Below are positions 1 through 13,490 of a stretch of DNA of 64,000 nucleotides, piece after piece (position 1 is the stretch's first letter; each line of letters begins with the position of its first letter). This DNA is from Octopus vulgaris (Eukaryota): assembly GCA_951406725.2 (NCBI GenBank), contig OX597824.1, positions 70,060,001 to 70,124,000 on the forward strand, written 5' to 3'. The translations under genes and the position numbers were made by a program. The notes under the pieces were generated by a model that searched no databases, was not told where the DNA came from, and worked only from the letters and a program-made list of their open reading frames with translations.

Positions 1-427
1 GAAGAGCGAAATAGTGAAGATAATGTAGAAAGAAGAGAGATTAAGGAATAACAATGAAAAAGAGAAGTAATGGAGGATAGAAGGAAAAGAAGAAAGGAAA
101 AGTGGAGGAAAGAAAGAAAAAATGAATGAATGAACGATTTTGAAGAAAGACAAGTGTTAGAATAAAAAAGAGGGAGAACGAGGAAAGACAGTGTAACAAA
201 GGAAAGAAAAATAATAAAATACCGCAAAAAAAAATATTAAAAGATTAGTCAAAAGGATAAAATGAATACACTAAATGCGTGAGAGAGGTGGGAGGGAAAA
301 TAACACTAAAATTACCCACAAAAAAGGAAAAGAGAAGGAAAGAACAAAAGAAGATACAATAATGAAACTAGTAATGATAAAATTAAATAGTGAAAACAAT
401 AATGTAATAAAATGATACAAATGTGAG

Positions 428-467
<40 letters not shown>

Positions 468-596
468 TATGTGTATGTGTGTATGTGTGAGAGAGAGAGA
501 GAGAGAGGGGGAGAGAAAGAAAGAGAGGGAGTGAGGAAAACGAAAAAAAAACAAACAAGGAAAACACTGTATAAGTTAAGCAACAACGATATCAGT

Positions 597-629
<33 letters not shown>

Positions 630-676
630 AGCTACAAAATAGAGAGAAACAAAAAAAACAGAAATTCCATATAACT

Positions 677-709
<33 letters not shown>

Positions 710-830
710 GCAAGCAACAACGACAGCGACAACAATGAAAAACAACACCAACAATAACAACGACACAATGGAAAAACGAAACACATGTAACTTAAACAGG
801 AACAGCAACAATAACGTGTATATGTGTGTA

Positions 831-896
<66 letters not shown>

Positions 897-928
897 CATT
901 ATTATTATTATTATTATCATCATTATTA

Positions 929-1005
<77 letters not shown>

Positions 1006-1016
1006 CTACATGCACA

Positions 1017-1079
<63 letters not shown>

Positions 1080-1116
1080 GTGTATATATATATTTATATG
1101 TATATATCTACGTATG

Positions 1117-1152
<36 letters not shown>

Positions 1153-1266
1153 TGTATCCTCACAAAGATGTGAAGATTTTATACAAAAGTAAAGTCTTAT
1201 CTGCACGCGTACTTCGGGCAAATATACATACATACACATACATGCATATATATGCATACATACCTG

Positions 1267-1319
<53 letters not shown>

Positions 1320-1321
1320 AC

Positions 1322-1354
<33 letters not shown>

Positions 1355-1381
1355 TAAATATATATAGAGATATATATAGAG

Positions 1382-1464
<83 letters not shown>

Positions 1465-1590
1465 TACATATATGTATGTATGTACAAAGAGAAAGAGAAA
1501 TAGAGATACATATGCATATATCAGAAAAGATTATCAATATTGTTAGTATTATTACTATTATCATTATGTCTTTATCATTATGTGTGTGCG

Positions 1591-1645
<55 letters not shown>

Positions 1646-3009
1646 GCATACATATATTCACACGTCCATATAAACACATATACACACACGTAAGTACACA
1701 CAAACATACACATGCTTACATACAACACGGTGAATACTTTCCTCCATATTTTTTCGATATACTTTTTCTTTTTTTATTTTTCATTATTTCTGTTATGTGT
1801 TTTATTATTTTTCTTACCGTTACTTTCACTCTCCAGATCTCTAAATGTTTATTTATTTATTTTATTTATTTATTTTATTTATTTATTTATACATTCATTT
1901 ATTTATTTATTCTTCTCTTTTATTTGGTAAGATCGAAGATTTTTCAGATAAATTCTGCTCTTAACATAATTGATATCACCAAACCAACACTTGCAGTTTG
2001 CTTCTCCTCTTGTACGCATGTGTGAGTGTGTGTATGTGTGTATACGTATCTATGACGTGCGTACAAACATGTGTGCGTTTGTACGCTCGTAGGAGCGAGT
2101 ATGTATGTATGTATATATATATATATATATACACTGATACTGTCATTCGTATTTTATGTAGAGGGTTTTTATTATGATACCGTTTTGCTTTACTTTTCAT
2201 CTTTCCTTATAGCTGTTGTTCTTGTTCATATTCTACCTTTTGTTAATATTCTTAGGATTATCATTATTTGTGTTTGTAGTTTTTTTCATTTTTTTTTGGG
2301 TGGGGTAGGGATGGAGAGGGGGCCGTTGTATGTGTTTCATTTCTGATGTTGATCTTCTTGTTATTGTAGTTCTTCGTAAGTTTGTTTGTGTGTATGTGTG
2401 AGTGTATTCTTTCACAGTATTGTTTGCGCACCTCTTCAAGTAACCAGGGTGTGTACATTAAAAGCGAATCAGCACACTCCGTACGCTCCACACTTAGATA
2501 TCACACAACCCAAACATAGAAAGAAACACACACACACACGCACACACACACACACGCGCGCGCGCGCGCGCGTGCAAGGAGACACACACTCTCCGCACAC
2601 AACAGAAAACTTATGCAGATATGTGTGCAGATATCTGTATATATGCATATATATATATGCATATCTATATATGTGTGTATATGTGTGTGCCTGTGTGTTT
2701 GTTGAGGGTATGAATGCACCTATGTATGAAGGGACATATATACATATATACATATTTACATACATATATGTGTGTATATATATATGTTTGTATATATATA
2801 TATATATATATGTGTATATACACACACACATACGTATATATATGCTGAGACACTTATATACTCAGACACACATACAAACACACATCACACACACATACAC
2901 ACAACTGCACATATACACAAACTGATACTTTTTGATTTCAGCTACAAAGCTCTATGTCAACCACTTAAGATGTCTTACTCAACAAACCCCACACAAAGTC
3001 ATATATGAT

Positions 3010-3048
<39 letters not shown>

Positions 3049-3514
3049 TATATTTGTACACGCACATATACACACACATATACATATAATATGTGTCTGT
3101 ATATATGTTTGCGCTCACAAACACATGCACGTAAACACACTTAACAAACGAGTTTGCGATGCTTGGCAAAGCTCTCAACGGTTGCTCGCCTCACGAAGTT
3201 TTTTTTTTTTTTCCCGATCACATCGTCTTCTGTTACTGTCATACGTAGGTGGGGTGGGAGGGAGGTGAATCGGTGGATGGGTTGATTTGATGGATGGGGG
3301 GGAGGTGCAGGGGTGACGATGTAGATGGAAACTGAAGCTGGGAAGAAGAATGTTGTTAAAAAACTTGTGTAGTGAGACATTCAGCCATTTGCGCATGGTA
3401 CCAGTTTTCAATGTGGGTTAAAACCGAGAAAAAAGCAACCAAGTGCGTGAGACAGTGGATTAGAAACGTGGAAAGGGATATCGTTTAGGATAGTGCACAA
3501 AACTTCTGCATTGC

Positions 3515-3627
<113 letters not shown>

Positions 3628-3779
3628 CTATGAGTGTGTGTGTATGTGTGTCTGTAAGTGTGTGTGTATGTGTGTGTGTGTGCATGCGTCTATACGTACA
3701 TATGCACGCACACACAAACACATACGGCGGCGCCCCGGTATGGACGCAGTCTAATGACTGAAACAAGTAAAAGATAAAG

Positions 3780-3820
<41 letters not shown>

Positions 3821-3823
3821 CTC

Positions 3824-3962
3824 TGTTAAGTGGTTAGCGTTAGGAAGGGCATACAGCTGTAGAAAGTATGCAAAAGCAGACAGACAACCTGGCTGAGCCC
3901 TCTGGCTCGTCTGTTCTTGTCAAACCATCCACCCCATGCCAGCGCGTAAGAAAATACGTTAA

Positions 3963-4025
<63 letters not shown>
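3824..4025 (+). mobile_element. Retroposon 3' tail ending in (GAT)n
   Basis: GCGTTAGGAAGGGCAT.CAGCTGTAGAAA ... CCATGCCAGC ... CGTTAAATGATGATG; family not assigned. Confidence 0.5.
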
Positions 4026-4039
<14 letters not shown>

Positions 4040-5624
4040 GGTGGTAGTAGTATATTATTAGGCACGCTAAGAAAAACTGCCTATTGATAAAGAATATATC
4101 TATTTTTTAAAAACTCACACCCAGTAGGTTCTTTAGGTCTAAATATTACAGATGTACAGTAGCTTGGAAGTATGTAATGATGTGTGATTATATACTCTAG
4201 ACATAGTAAACAAGAAATTTCACGCAATATTTTGGGACTGTACAGAGATGACGGGTTGGCTGTATCGCAGTAGGCATAGAGAAATACTTGAGAAAACTAC
4301 TCTTTACTTCATTATATACAGGCTAACCATCGCAACTAATTTAACGTGATTATGTAGATGTTATTTTTGGTTTAACTACAGGCTTACACAAGACCTTTAG
4401 AAATGTTAACTAGTTAGCTTGAGTTAACATAATTTCCCGGCATTCATGCATATTCTTCAAACACCTTATTAATGACATCCAGCTGAAGGATGTGAACAGA
4501 AAGTCACTAAGATGGAAGAAAAACTCTAGTGATATAGATGAGTAGATTGTCACTAAGAAGAGAGACTCAAGTGTTATAGGAAAGCAGGTAATCACTAAGA
4601 AAGAAGAGACACGTAATGATTGCTAATTGTTCCCATCATATGCTTTAGTGTTGAAAGTGAGAGCGATATGTTGATATTTGGGACATTTGGTACAGAAGCA
4701 TGTAGTTAACAGAACTGGAGTGGCAACCTTCTCTGAGGATGAAATACACAAAAGTGCGTCTCCAAATATTGAAATTGATTCCCGAGACAGAAAAACAGAG
4801 AAAAAGATACTGAAAGAGAAAAAGAAGGTGGGAAGGAATAAAGAGGGGTGGGAAAGAGAGGAGATATAGGGGAATTTGCAACGATAGGAGATGAGAAAAA
4901 AGAAGGTGGGAATGAAAAAAGAGGAAAAGAAAGATGGGGGAGATAGTGGAATTTGCAACGATAGGAGATGACTTAAAAACTCATTGAGAATGATGGAACA
5001 AACCCTGACAGAACCGAAAGCTTTGTTGAGTAAGAGAGAAATCAAAGAATTATTTACAAGGTGGTGAGACTGAGTACTCGGAAGAGTTGTCGTTGTTACT
5101 GATGTTGTTGTTGTTGTTTAACCTAAGCCATATTTGATCGAACAGACCTAAAATCGAAAGTAATCCTGCCTTGGCTATTCCGCCATTTTAGATGTAATTT
5201 ATCCCGGGCTATATTATTTAATATATCCTTCCCTTTTTCAATGATGATAGAATGTTATTGGAGAGAGATTATACATCTTATTATTCATCTCATTCTTCTT
5301 TTAGTGTTGTCTTCCGGGGTTGTAAAGTATTCTGTAAGAAATTTCGTGAAAAATCGAATCAATTTAACTGACGTGCGGACTAGAACGTCAAACGTTTCTT
5401 CTGGGTCTCGTTCATCAATGGAGTGGAGAAAGACGAAAAAATTGTTTGCATAGCTGACGATACAGGAAGCGGTGGACGACAACCGGAAGTGGCAAGAGCG
5501 TTCAAAAACTGCGCTCTAAAAGATTCGGGAATTTACTGTAAAATGTTTAATGAAAGTAAATAAAACAACTTTGCGTCCAGAGTGAAGCATTACCGATATG
5601 GAAAGTGATAGATAGATAGATAGG

Positions 5625-5664
<40 letters not shown>

Positions 5665-6084
5665 CAGACGGACAGACAAACAGACAGTCAGGCAGGCAGG
5701 CAGGCAGCAGGCTGACAGACAGTACGTGAAAGCTAGAAAACATTCAAATAACTGCAAATCACATTTTCATCGTAAAAACGAATGGCACATATTTTATTGT
5801 CCTAGACATATGAAAATATATGTCTATAAAAAAGATATATCTGAGCATAAAACGTATTGCTAAAGGTAAGGTGGAGTTGGCATGGTTGTAACGCCAATAA
5901 TCTTAGTTCTGAGTGAGCGGGACTAACTTGGGACAAAATAATAATAAATAATCGCTCGCAACATTAACCAAAGAGAGAAAGCCCAGAAGTCTTATTTTGT
6001 GAAATATGTAAAGTGTTCATTTGTAATAGTTGTGAAGTATTAATGTTCAAAACATGTAAAGTAATAGTATATAAAAGTGTGGAG

Positions 6085-6322
6085 CAGTGGTTTTCAACTG
6101 GGGTGTGTATGATCCCTAGGGGTCGACATAAGATTTTGTTGATAAAATTTATGAGCAATAAATACGCAAAATATTTCAAAAATTTTTTAATGCAATTTAT
6201 AATGATATTTAATTATAAAAATATAATAGGATATTTTAAACGTCAAATGACTTAGTGGGGTCTTCCGGAGTAAAATAAAAACCAAAAGACCCATACGTAG
6301 AAAAAAATGGTCGAGACCTAGT
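6085..6322. mobile_element. hAT-like MITE, related to 31035-31300
   Basis: Starts CAGTGGTTTTCAACTGGGG. Shares GATTTTGTTG.TAAAATTT and ATATTTAATTATAAAAATATA with 31035-31300. Confidence 0.5.
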
Positions 6323-6367
6323 TTGCAAAATTTGTAAAGTGCTAATTTATAAAAGGGGTTGAGTATA

Positions 6368-6541
6368 GACGCAGGCGTGGCTGTGTGGTAAGACGCTTGC
6401 TTCCCAACCACGTGATTTGGGGTTCAGTCCCATTGCATGGTGCTTTGGGCGAATGTATTCTACCATAGCCTCGGGTTGACCAAAGCCTTGTGAGAGAATT
6501 TGGCAGACACTGAAAGATGCTCATTATCTATAATGTGTGTG

Positions 6542-6572
<31 letters not shown>

Positions 6573-6767
6573 ATGTGTCTTTGATTCGGTCCCCCACCAC
6601 CGCTCGACAACAGGTGCTGATGTGTTTACGTCTCAGTGACTTTACGGCTCGCAAAAAAGATATCGATAGAATAAATAACAGGCTTTCAAAAAATAAGTCC
6701 TAGGGTCGACACATTCGATTAAAAATTCTACAAGGTGATGCTCCAGCATGGTCGCAGTCTAAAAGAT
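6368..6767 (+). mobile_element. SINE family A
   Basis: GACGCAGGCGTGGCTGTGTGGTAAG ... GGTGATGCTCCAGCATGGTCGCAGTC. Confidence 0.85.
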
Positions 6768-7020
6768 AATAATTTGTAAAATGGGGATAACATATTTAAA
6801 CAACGTGAAACGACGTTTAAACTCCACCATTTTACATAGAACATGTTGCTCTTGTTATTCTTAAGCCACAAGTTATTTCTAATCAAGTAAGCATTCCAGC
6901 CGTGACCATCCTGTTGTTCTGTAAACTTCAGACTTCAGTGTTCAGTGTTTTCATTCTCATTTAAGTCGTTAGAGCATGATTTGAGGGCAATCAGCCTGCT
7001 ATTTTTAGCAGACCAAACGA

Positions 7021-8188
7021 GCTTAGCGGTATTTCGTCTGTCTTTACGTTCTGAGTTCAAACTCTGCCGAAGTATACTTTGACTTTCATCCTTTCAGGGT
7101 TGATTAAGTAAGTACCAGCTACGCACTGGGATCGATACAATTAACTTAATCCCTTTGTCTGTCCTTGTTTTTCCTCTCTATGTTTAGCCCCCTGTGGGCA
7201 ATAAAGACATAAATATCAATACCATTCAAAGGCGGCGAGCTGGCAGAATCGTTAAGACGCTGGATGAAATACTTAGCGGTATTTCGCCCGTCGCTATGTT
7301 CTGAGTTCAAATGCCGCCGAGGTCGACTCTCCCTTTACATTCCTTCAGGGTCCCTCCCCAACAATTTCAGACCTTGTGCTTATACTAGAAATTATAAAGG
7401 CGGCGAGCTGGCAGAATCCTTAGCACGCTGGGTGAAATGCGTAGCCGTATTTCGTCTGCCGTTACGTTCTGTGTTCAAATTCCGCCGAGGTCGACTTTGC
7501 CTTTCATCTTTTCGGGGCCGATTAAATAAGTACCAGTTACGCACTGGGGTCATTATAATCGACTTAATCCGTTTGTCTGTCCTTGTTTGTCCTCTCTGTG
7601 TTTAGCCTCTTGTGGGTAGTAAAGAAATAGGTATTTTAAAGGCGACGAGCTGGCAGAATCGTTAACACGCCGGGCGAACTGCTTCGTGGTATTTTGTCTG
7701 TGTTTAGACCCCTGTGTGTAGTAATGAAATAGGTATTTCGTCTGCCGCTACGTTCTGAGTTCAAATTCCGCCGAGGTCGACTTTGCCTGTCATCCTTTCG
7801 GGGTCGATTAAATAAATACCAATTACGCACTGGAGTTGATCTATTCGATTTAATCCGTTTGTCTGTCCTTGTTTGTCCTCTCTGTGTTTAGCCTCTTGTG
7901 GGTAGTAAAGAAAAAGGTATTTGATCCGTCTGTACGTTCTGAGTTTAAATTCCGCCGAGGTCGACTTTGCCTTTCGTCCTTTCGGGGTCGATAACATAAG
8001 TACCAGTTAAGCACTGGGTTCGATGTATTCCACTTACCCCTTACCTGAAATTTCTGGCTTTGTCCCAACATTTGAAAACAATATTATTTGCGGCGAGTTG
8101 GTAGAAACGTTAGCACACCTGGCGAAAAGCTTAGCAATATTTCGTGTGTGTTTACGTTCTGAGTTCAAATTCCGCCGAGACCGACTTT
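7021..8188 (+). mobile_element. Tandem cluster of SINE family B (about six partial or full units)
   Basis: Repeated AAGGCGGCGAGCTGGCAGAATCGTTA heads (~7229, ~7398, ~7640, ~8091) and GTTCTGAGTTCAAATTCCGCCGAGGTCGACTTTGCC bodies. Confidence 0.9.
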
Positions 8189-8191
8189 ATA

Positions 8192-8590
8192 GGCGCAGGA
8201 ATGGCTGTGTGGTAAGTAGGTTGCCTACCAACTACATGTTTCCGGGTTCAGTCCCACTGCGTGACACCTTGGGCAAGTGTCTTCTACTATAGCCTCGGGC
8301 CGGCCAAAGCCTGGTGACTGGATTTGGTAGACGGAAACTGAACGAAACCCGCCGTATATATATGTATATATATATATATGTATGTGTGTGTATATGTTTG
8401 TGGGTCTGTGTTTGTGCCCCCTACATCGCTTGACAATCGATGTTGGTGTGTTTACGTCCCCGTAACGTAGCGGTTCGGCAAAAGAGACCGTTAGAATAAG
8501 TACTAGGCTTACAAAGAATAAGTCCTGGGGTCGATTTGCTCAACTAACCTTTCCCGAAATTTGTTGGTCTTGTGCCAAATTTTAATAATA
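8192..8590 (+). mobile_element. SINE family A nested in or chimeric with family B
   Basis: A head follows a truncated B copy; A body ends at CTGGGGTCGAT and continues into a B-type 3' end. Confidence 0.8.
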
Positions 8591-8990
8591 TTATTATCAG
8601 TCAATAAATCGAAGACTTCATTATCTAATGAGTCCTTCGTTTATTTTAATGTCGACAAGGCTTATTAGAGTGGGACTTGGCTGCTATTTCAAACATATCA
8701 CGCGAGCACTAAGATAAGACACCCACGTGACTCAGTTTTCATTGAAGTGAAGTACTACAGCTATGATGGATGACGTTCGGAAGATATTTCTCAGCGATGA
8801 CATACGTTAAGTTATGTGTCAATATTTACAATATCTTCTCTCTAGCATTTACTTCAACAGTGATGTATTTTTCTGAGTGGTGTCTCCTCAATTTCTCCCT
8901 CTCTCTCTCTCACTTACTCTCTCTCTCTCCTTCCCTCTCTCTCTCCCTCTCTCTGTGCCTCTTTATCCGTGCTCTGTGTGTAGTAAGGAG

Positions 8991-9029
<39 letters not shown>

Positions 9030-9259
9030 CATATATACATATGTCCATATATTGTTATATTGTTATATATATATATATATATACATACATACATACATAT
9101 ACACACACAGAAAGAGAGCAAGAGAGATAGCCTGATGTATATATAAGTGTGTGTTACATTTATGAGTGGTGTTATGGTTATTAAATGCATATATAATAAC
9201 ACTAACAATGGAGTATCTAACTTGAAAAGTTAGCTACATCATGTATGAATAATTGCAAG

Positions 9260-9302
<43 letters not shown>

Positions 9303-9304
<2 letters not shown>

Positions 9305-9509
9305 TTAAATCCTTAAAAATGTTTCAGCCCGAAAGCTGCGGCCATGCTGGGGCGCCACCGTTGAATGGGCTACACTAGTATGTGAAACCACCTCTGATAC
9401 GTGGCACTTGATCAACAAGGGAGTTCGACGTCGCTACCCGCATCTGTGTTTCCTGCCGTGAGGTAGGTTCATCTGGAACCCCTGACAAGACGAGATCTAG
9501 TTTAGTTTC

Positions 9510-9510
<1 letters not shown>
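9303..9510 (-). mobile_element. CR1-group LINE extreme 3' end inserted in (TA)n
   Basis: Minus frame KLDLVLSGVPDEP...SNSLVDQ...* (same LD..L..(V/I)PD.P...NSL signature as 14341-14619). 3'UTR GGTGGCGCCCCAGCATGGCCGCAGC-TTTCGG-GCTGAAACA plus (TTTAAGGA)2 tail. Confidence 0.7.
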
Positions 9511-9542
<32 letters not shown>

Positions 9543-9547
<5 letters not shown>

Positions 9548-9672
9548 AGAATTCACAAAAAAAAAAACAAAAGACGAAGACAGGTGGTGTAGACAAGAAA
9601 CAGATGTATTAGTATAACGCATGGGAAGTGAAAGTCTTTAACGTTTCGAGCTTACGCTCTTCCACAGAAACG
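9543..9672 (-). mobile_element. Short repeat (probable Penelope-like terminal fragment) with HHR-like motif, copy 1
   Basis: Homologous to 34555-34700 (AAACAAAAGACGAAGACAGGT...ACGTTTCGAGC...GCTCTTC). Abuts (TA)n. Minus strand CTGTGGAA-GAGC(GTAA)GCTC-GAAAC-GTT. Confidence 0.45.
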
Positions 9673-9721
9673 TATATGTATGTATCTGTACAGGTACACA
9701 CATACATACATGCATATATAA

Positions 9722-10050
9722 ATTACTTGTTCGAGTCATTAAACTGCGGACATGCTGGGGCACAACCATAAAGAATTTTATTCAAATGAATCGTCCCAAG
9801 TACTTTTTTTAGGTTTTGTAATTATTCTACCGGTCTCTTTTGCCGAACCGCTAAGTTACGGGAACGTAAACACCCCCACACGCACGCACACCACACCATA
9901 CTCACACACACACCACACCACACTCACATATATATATATTTATATACGACGGACTTCTTTCAGTTTCCGTCTACTAAATCTAGCTGGAAGTTTTTGGCTG
10001 GCTCGGGGCTATAGTAGAAGATACTTACTCAGGGTGAAAGTGCACTGGCA
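9722..10050 (-). mobile_element. SINE family A, 5'-truncated
   Basis: GCCGAACCGCTAAGTTACGGG, CTTTCAGTTTCCGTCTAC, GGCTATAGTAGAAGA. Confidence 0.8.
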
Positions 10051-10098
10051 TTGAACCTTGTGTTCATAACACACTTAATTCATTGGGTGTTAACGGAA

Positions 10099-10147
10099 CT
10101 TAAGATCACCGGTGTTTCGACCTTCTTGTGTGTCTCCTCAGTCAAAG
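10099..10147 (-). pseudogene. Degenerate hammerhead ribozyme
   Basis: Minus strand CTTTGA-CTGAGGA-GAC(ACACAAGAAG)GTC-GAAA-CACCGGTG-ATC-TTAAG. Core and stem II intact, palindromic stem III with a bulge, weak stem I. Confidence 0.45.
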
Positions 10148-10459
10148 TAACCCACGACTAATGACTCTAACAAGAGGTTTTGACACCCGTTAATAAGATT
10201 CTGCAAGCAAACTATTTGCTGATGTATGTTGATGTTTGTCACCCAATAATAAATTATTAGGTGCTGATCGGTTGGCATTTACCACGACCACGATTCTGAC
10301 TTCGTTTTATCAGACAGGGACAGGGAAATCGAAAATTTCAATAGACCCAAGGCCAGACAGCCACAAACATATGCCTAAAACATCTACAACCTAAAGGAAT
10401 CACAAGACACACCAATGTCTATAACTACCTGTAACAACTTTGTCTAATTCCTAAAATAT

Positions 10460-11075
10460 AGAAACTAAATAAATTCGTTTCCAGTTTAGCACAAGACGAA
10501 CGATTTCTAAGGGAGCGTTAGTCGATACCATCGACTCCAGCATTTTACCATTGACTATCTGTTGGAAATTTACTTTGCAATTGACGCAGGACTGGTACTT
10601 CACTCCAGTACTTTACCATCGACTTCAGTACCTTACCTTCGACCCCAATACCTTACAATTGACTCTAAGCTGATACCTCACTTTACCATGGACTCCAGTA
10701 CCTTGCAATTGACTCAGGACTATCACTTCACGCCAGTATTTAATCATCGACTCCAGTACCTGACCTTCGACCCAATAGCTTACAATTGACTCCAAGCTGA
10801 TACCTCACTTTACTACCAACTCCAGTACTTTGTAATCGACTCAGGATTTGTACCTCACGCCACTACTTTACCACCAATTCCTGTACTTTACCATTTGCTC
10901 TAGGCTGGTACTTCTTTTTGCCACCACCTCTGCCATTGACTCCAGATTGGTACTCCACTTATCGACCTCTGAAGGATGGAAGGCGAAATTGACTACATCG
11001 AGATTTGAACAAAAAACGCAAAATGCCGCAACACGTACGTTCTACGTTTCCGCTAATCTGCCGCTCTCAAAATTA
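10460..11075 (-). repeat. SINE family B remnant with internal degenerate tandem expansion
   Basis: B-type ends at both sides; between them many variants of (A)TCGACTCCAGTAC / TTGACTC..G.CTGGTAC. Confidence 0.55.
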
Positions 11076-11149
11076 TAAGTATTCTAAAGGCCAACAAAAT
11101 ACCTGAATAAAGAAACGTCATACAAACTTATCATCCTCTTATGCAGCTG

Positions 11150-11405
11150 CTGGAGTGGCTATGTGGTTAAGAAGGTCGCTTTGTAACCACATGGTTTTCA
11201 GTTCAGTCTCTGGGGCAAGTGCCTTGTACTATAGCCCCGGGCTAACAAACAGTTGTGTGGGGGAGAGAGAAAGAGAAAGAGAGACAGACAGAAGAGCAGA
11301 CAGACGGGCAGACAGACAGAGACAGACAGACAGACAAGCAAGCAGGCAGTCATGCAGACGAACAATCAGACATACAGTCAGATCGATAGAGAGAGAGAGA
11401 TGAAT

Positions 11406-11448
<43 letters not shown>

Positions 11449-11482
11449 GACAGATAGACAGGCAGGCAGGCAGACAGGCAGG

Positions 11483-11579
<97 letters not shown>

Positions 11580-11815
11580 GTGCTTGTGTGTGTGTGTGTG
11601 TGTGTGTGTGCCTTTATACCGCTTGTGTTTAGATTTATATCTCCTCTAACGCTTGACAACCGGTGTTGGTTCATTTTCGTCTCCATGATTTAATGGTTCG
11701 GTAAAAGAGACCAGCAGAAAAGGTACCAGCCTTTAATAAGTACTGGGGTCGATAGGCCCTTCAATGCGTTGTGTCCCAGCATAACGACAATCTAATGGTT
11801 GAAATAATAGATAAA
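11150..11815 (+). mobile_element. SINE family A with expanded (GACA)/(GATA)/(TG) internal microsatellite
   Basis: Head GGAGTGGCTATGTGGTTAAG; body CGCTTGACAACCGGTGTTGG...AAGTACTGGGGTCGAT. Confidence 0.7.
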
Positions 11816-11840
11816 ATATACCTATATATATACCTATATA

Positions 11841-11918
<78 letters not shown>

Positions 11919-11921
11919 TAT

Positions 11922-11990
<69 letters not shown>

Positions 11991-12137
11991 TGGGAAGGGG
12001 CTGGTGACACAATCTTTTCATTCGCACATTGAATTTGGTGATACTAGTTGCGGATTCTAGCTCGCTCTGATACTGAGTTGAGTTGATGCCTTCTAGTATC
12101 CCAAAATTTAATATATAATCATTTATGATTATAGTAT

Positions 12138-12238
12138 TCTACGCTGAAGAGAAAAGAAGTTCTTGGTAAGATAGAATTATTTAATATTTAATTCTTATGC
12201 TTTCCTAAAAACTTGATTTCGAAACGTACGTCCGTAGA
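12138..12238 (+). ncRNA. Type I hammerhead ribozyme with extended (~70 nt) stem II
   Basis: TCTACG-CTGAAGA-GAAA...TTTC-GAA-ACGTACGT-C-CGTAGA. Stem I 6 bp, intact core, palindromic stem III, GUC cleavage after 12232. Stem II region has internal pairings AAGTT/AACTT and AGAATTA/TAATTCT. Confidence 0.75.
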
Positions 12239-12419
12239 TAACTTAAAATTGTATGATAGATTACCGTCAATTCATTCCCTCTTACCTGTTTGTGTCTGCC
12301 TTCCAATTGCTGTTTTTACTGAGATCTCCTTTTTAGTAGAAGAAATAGCTATAACTCTTTGACTGCTATTTCTAAATTCGGTATGTGGTAAGGCAATTCG
12401 TTGCCAAACCCTTTATTGC

Positions 12420-12462
<43 letters not shown>

Positions 12463-12837
12463 AGCACCAACAACAGCAACGGCACTACCACCACCAGTAA
12501 CTACAACACAACCAATACCAATTCCACTAATGCTATTACCATTACAATCACCAACACTACCGCCATCACTTCATAATCATCATCATCATCATCATCAACG
12601 ACGACACCATCAAACCATCACTATTGCTACTGCATTCATAAAAAAAAACAAAAAACAGAAAGCAAAATATTTAACCAATTTACGAAACATCAGACAAAAT
12701 GCTGGCTATTAAACTATTTGGAAGGTCATCATGTCTATGTACAAGAACAAGACGTCCTAACCTTGCAATTTCTCGAATGGAGTAACGCAGTGATCCGTCC
12801 TTTTACCCATGCTTTTCATTCTCTACATACATCAAAG

Positions 12838-13060
12838 ATGGCGAGTCGGCTGAATTGTTAGCGTACCTGGCAAAAAAAAAATACTTAGCAACATTTCGTC
12901 CGTCTTTACGTTCTGAGTTCAAATTCCGCCGAGGTCGACATAGCATTTCATTCTTTCGGGGTCGATACGATAAGTACCAGCTGAGCACTGTGGTCAATGT
13001 TATCTACTTATCTCTACCCCCCCCTGAAATTGCAGGCCTTGTGACAAACTTTGATATCTT
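12838..13060 (+). mobile_element. SINE family B
   Basis: GGCGAGTCGGCTGAATTGTTAGC ... CAAATTCCGCCGAGGTCGAC ... CCTGAAATTGCAGGCCTTGTG. Confidence 0.8.
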
Positions 13061-13114
13061 TACCTAGATCACATTACCATACCTCGACAAAACATACAGG
13101 CATTATTTTGCATA

Positions 13115-13340
13115 CTCTTTCACTCTCCCTTTACTCTTTTACTTGTTTCAGTCATGAGACTATGGCCATGCTGGAGCACCGCTTTTAGTCGAGCAAATTG
13201 ATCCCAAGACTTATTCTTTGTAAGCCTAGTACTTATTCTATCGAAATTTTCTGCCGAACCGCTAAGTTACGGGGATGTAAACACACCAACATCGGTCGTC
13301 AAGCGATGTGGAGGACAAACACTGACACAAACACAAATAT
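13115..13340 (-). mobile_element. SINE family A 3' half
   Basis: TTACTTGTTTCAGTC...GGCCATGCTGGAGCACCGC...GCCGAACCGCTAAGTTACGGGG. Confidence 0.85.
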
Positions 13341-13407
13341 ATATATATGTATGTATGTATATATCTATGTGTATATATACATACATACATATATATAAGT
13401 ATATATA

Positions 13408-13490
<83 letters not shown>

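Noticed and set aside
3248-3315. G-rich tract with G-quadruplex potential; also a (CG)n Z-DNA candidate near 2555-2572
   Set aside because: Expected by chance in such low-complexity DNA; no supporting context.
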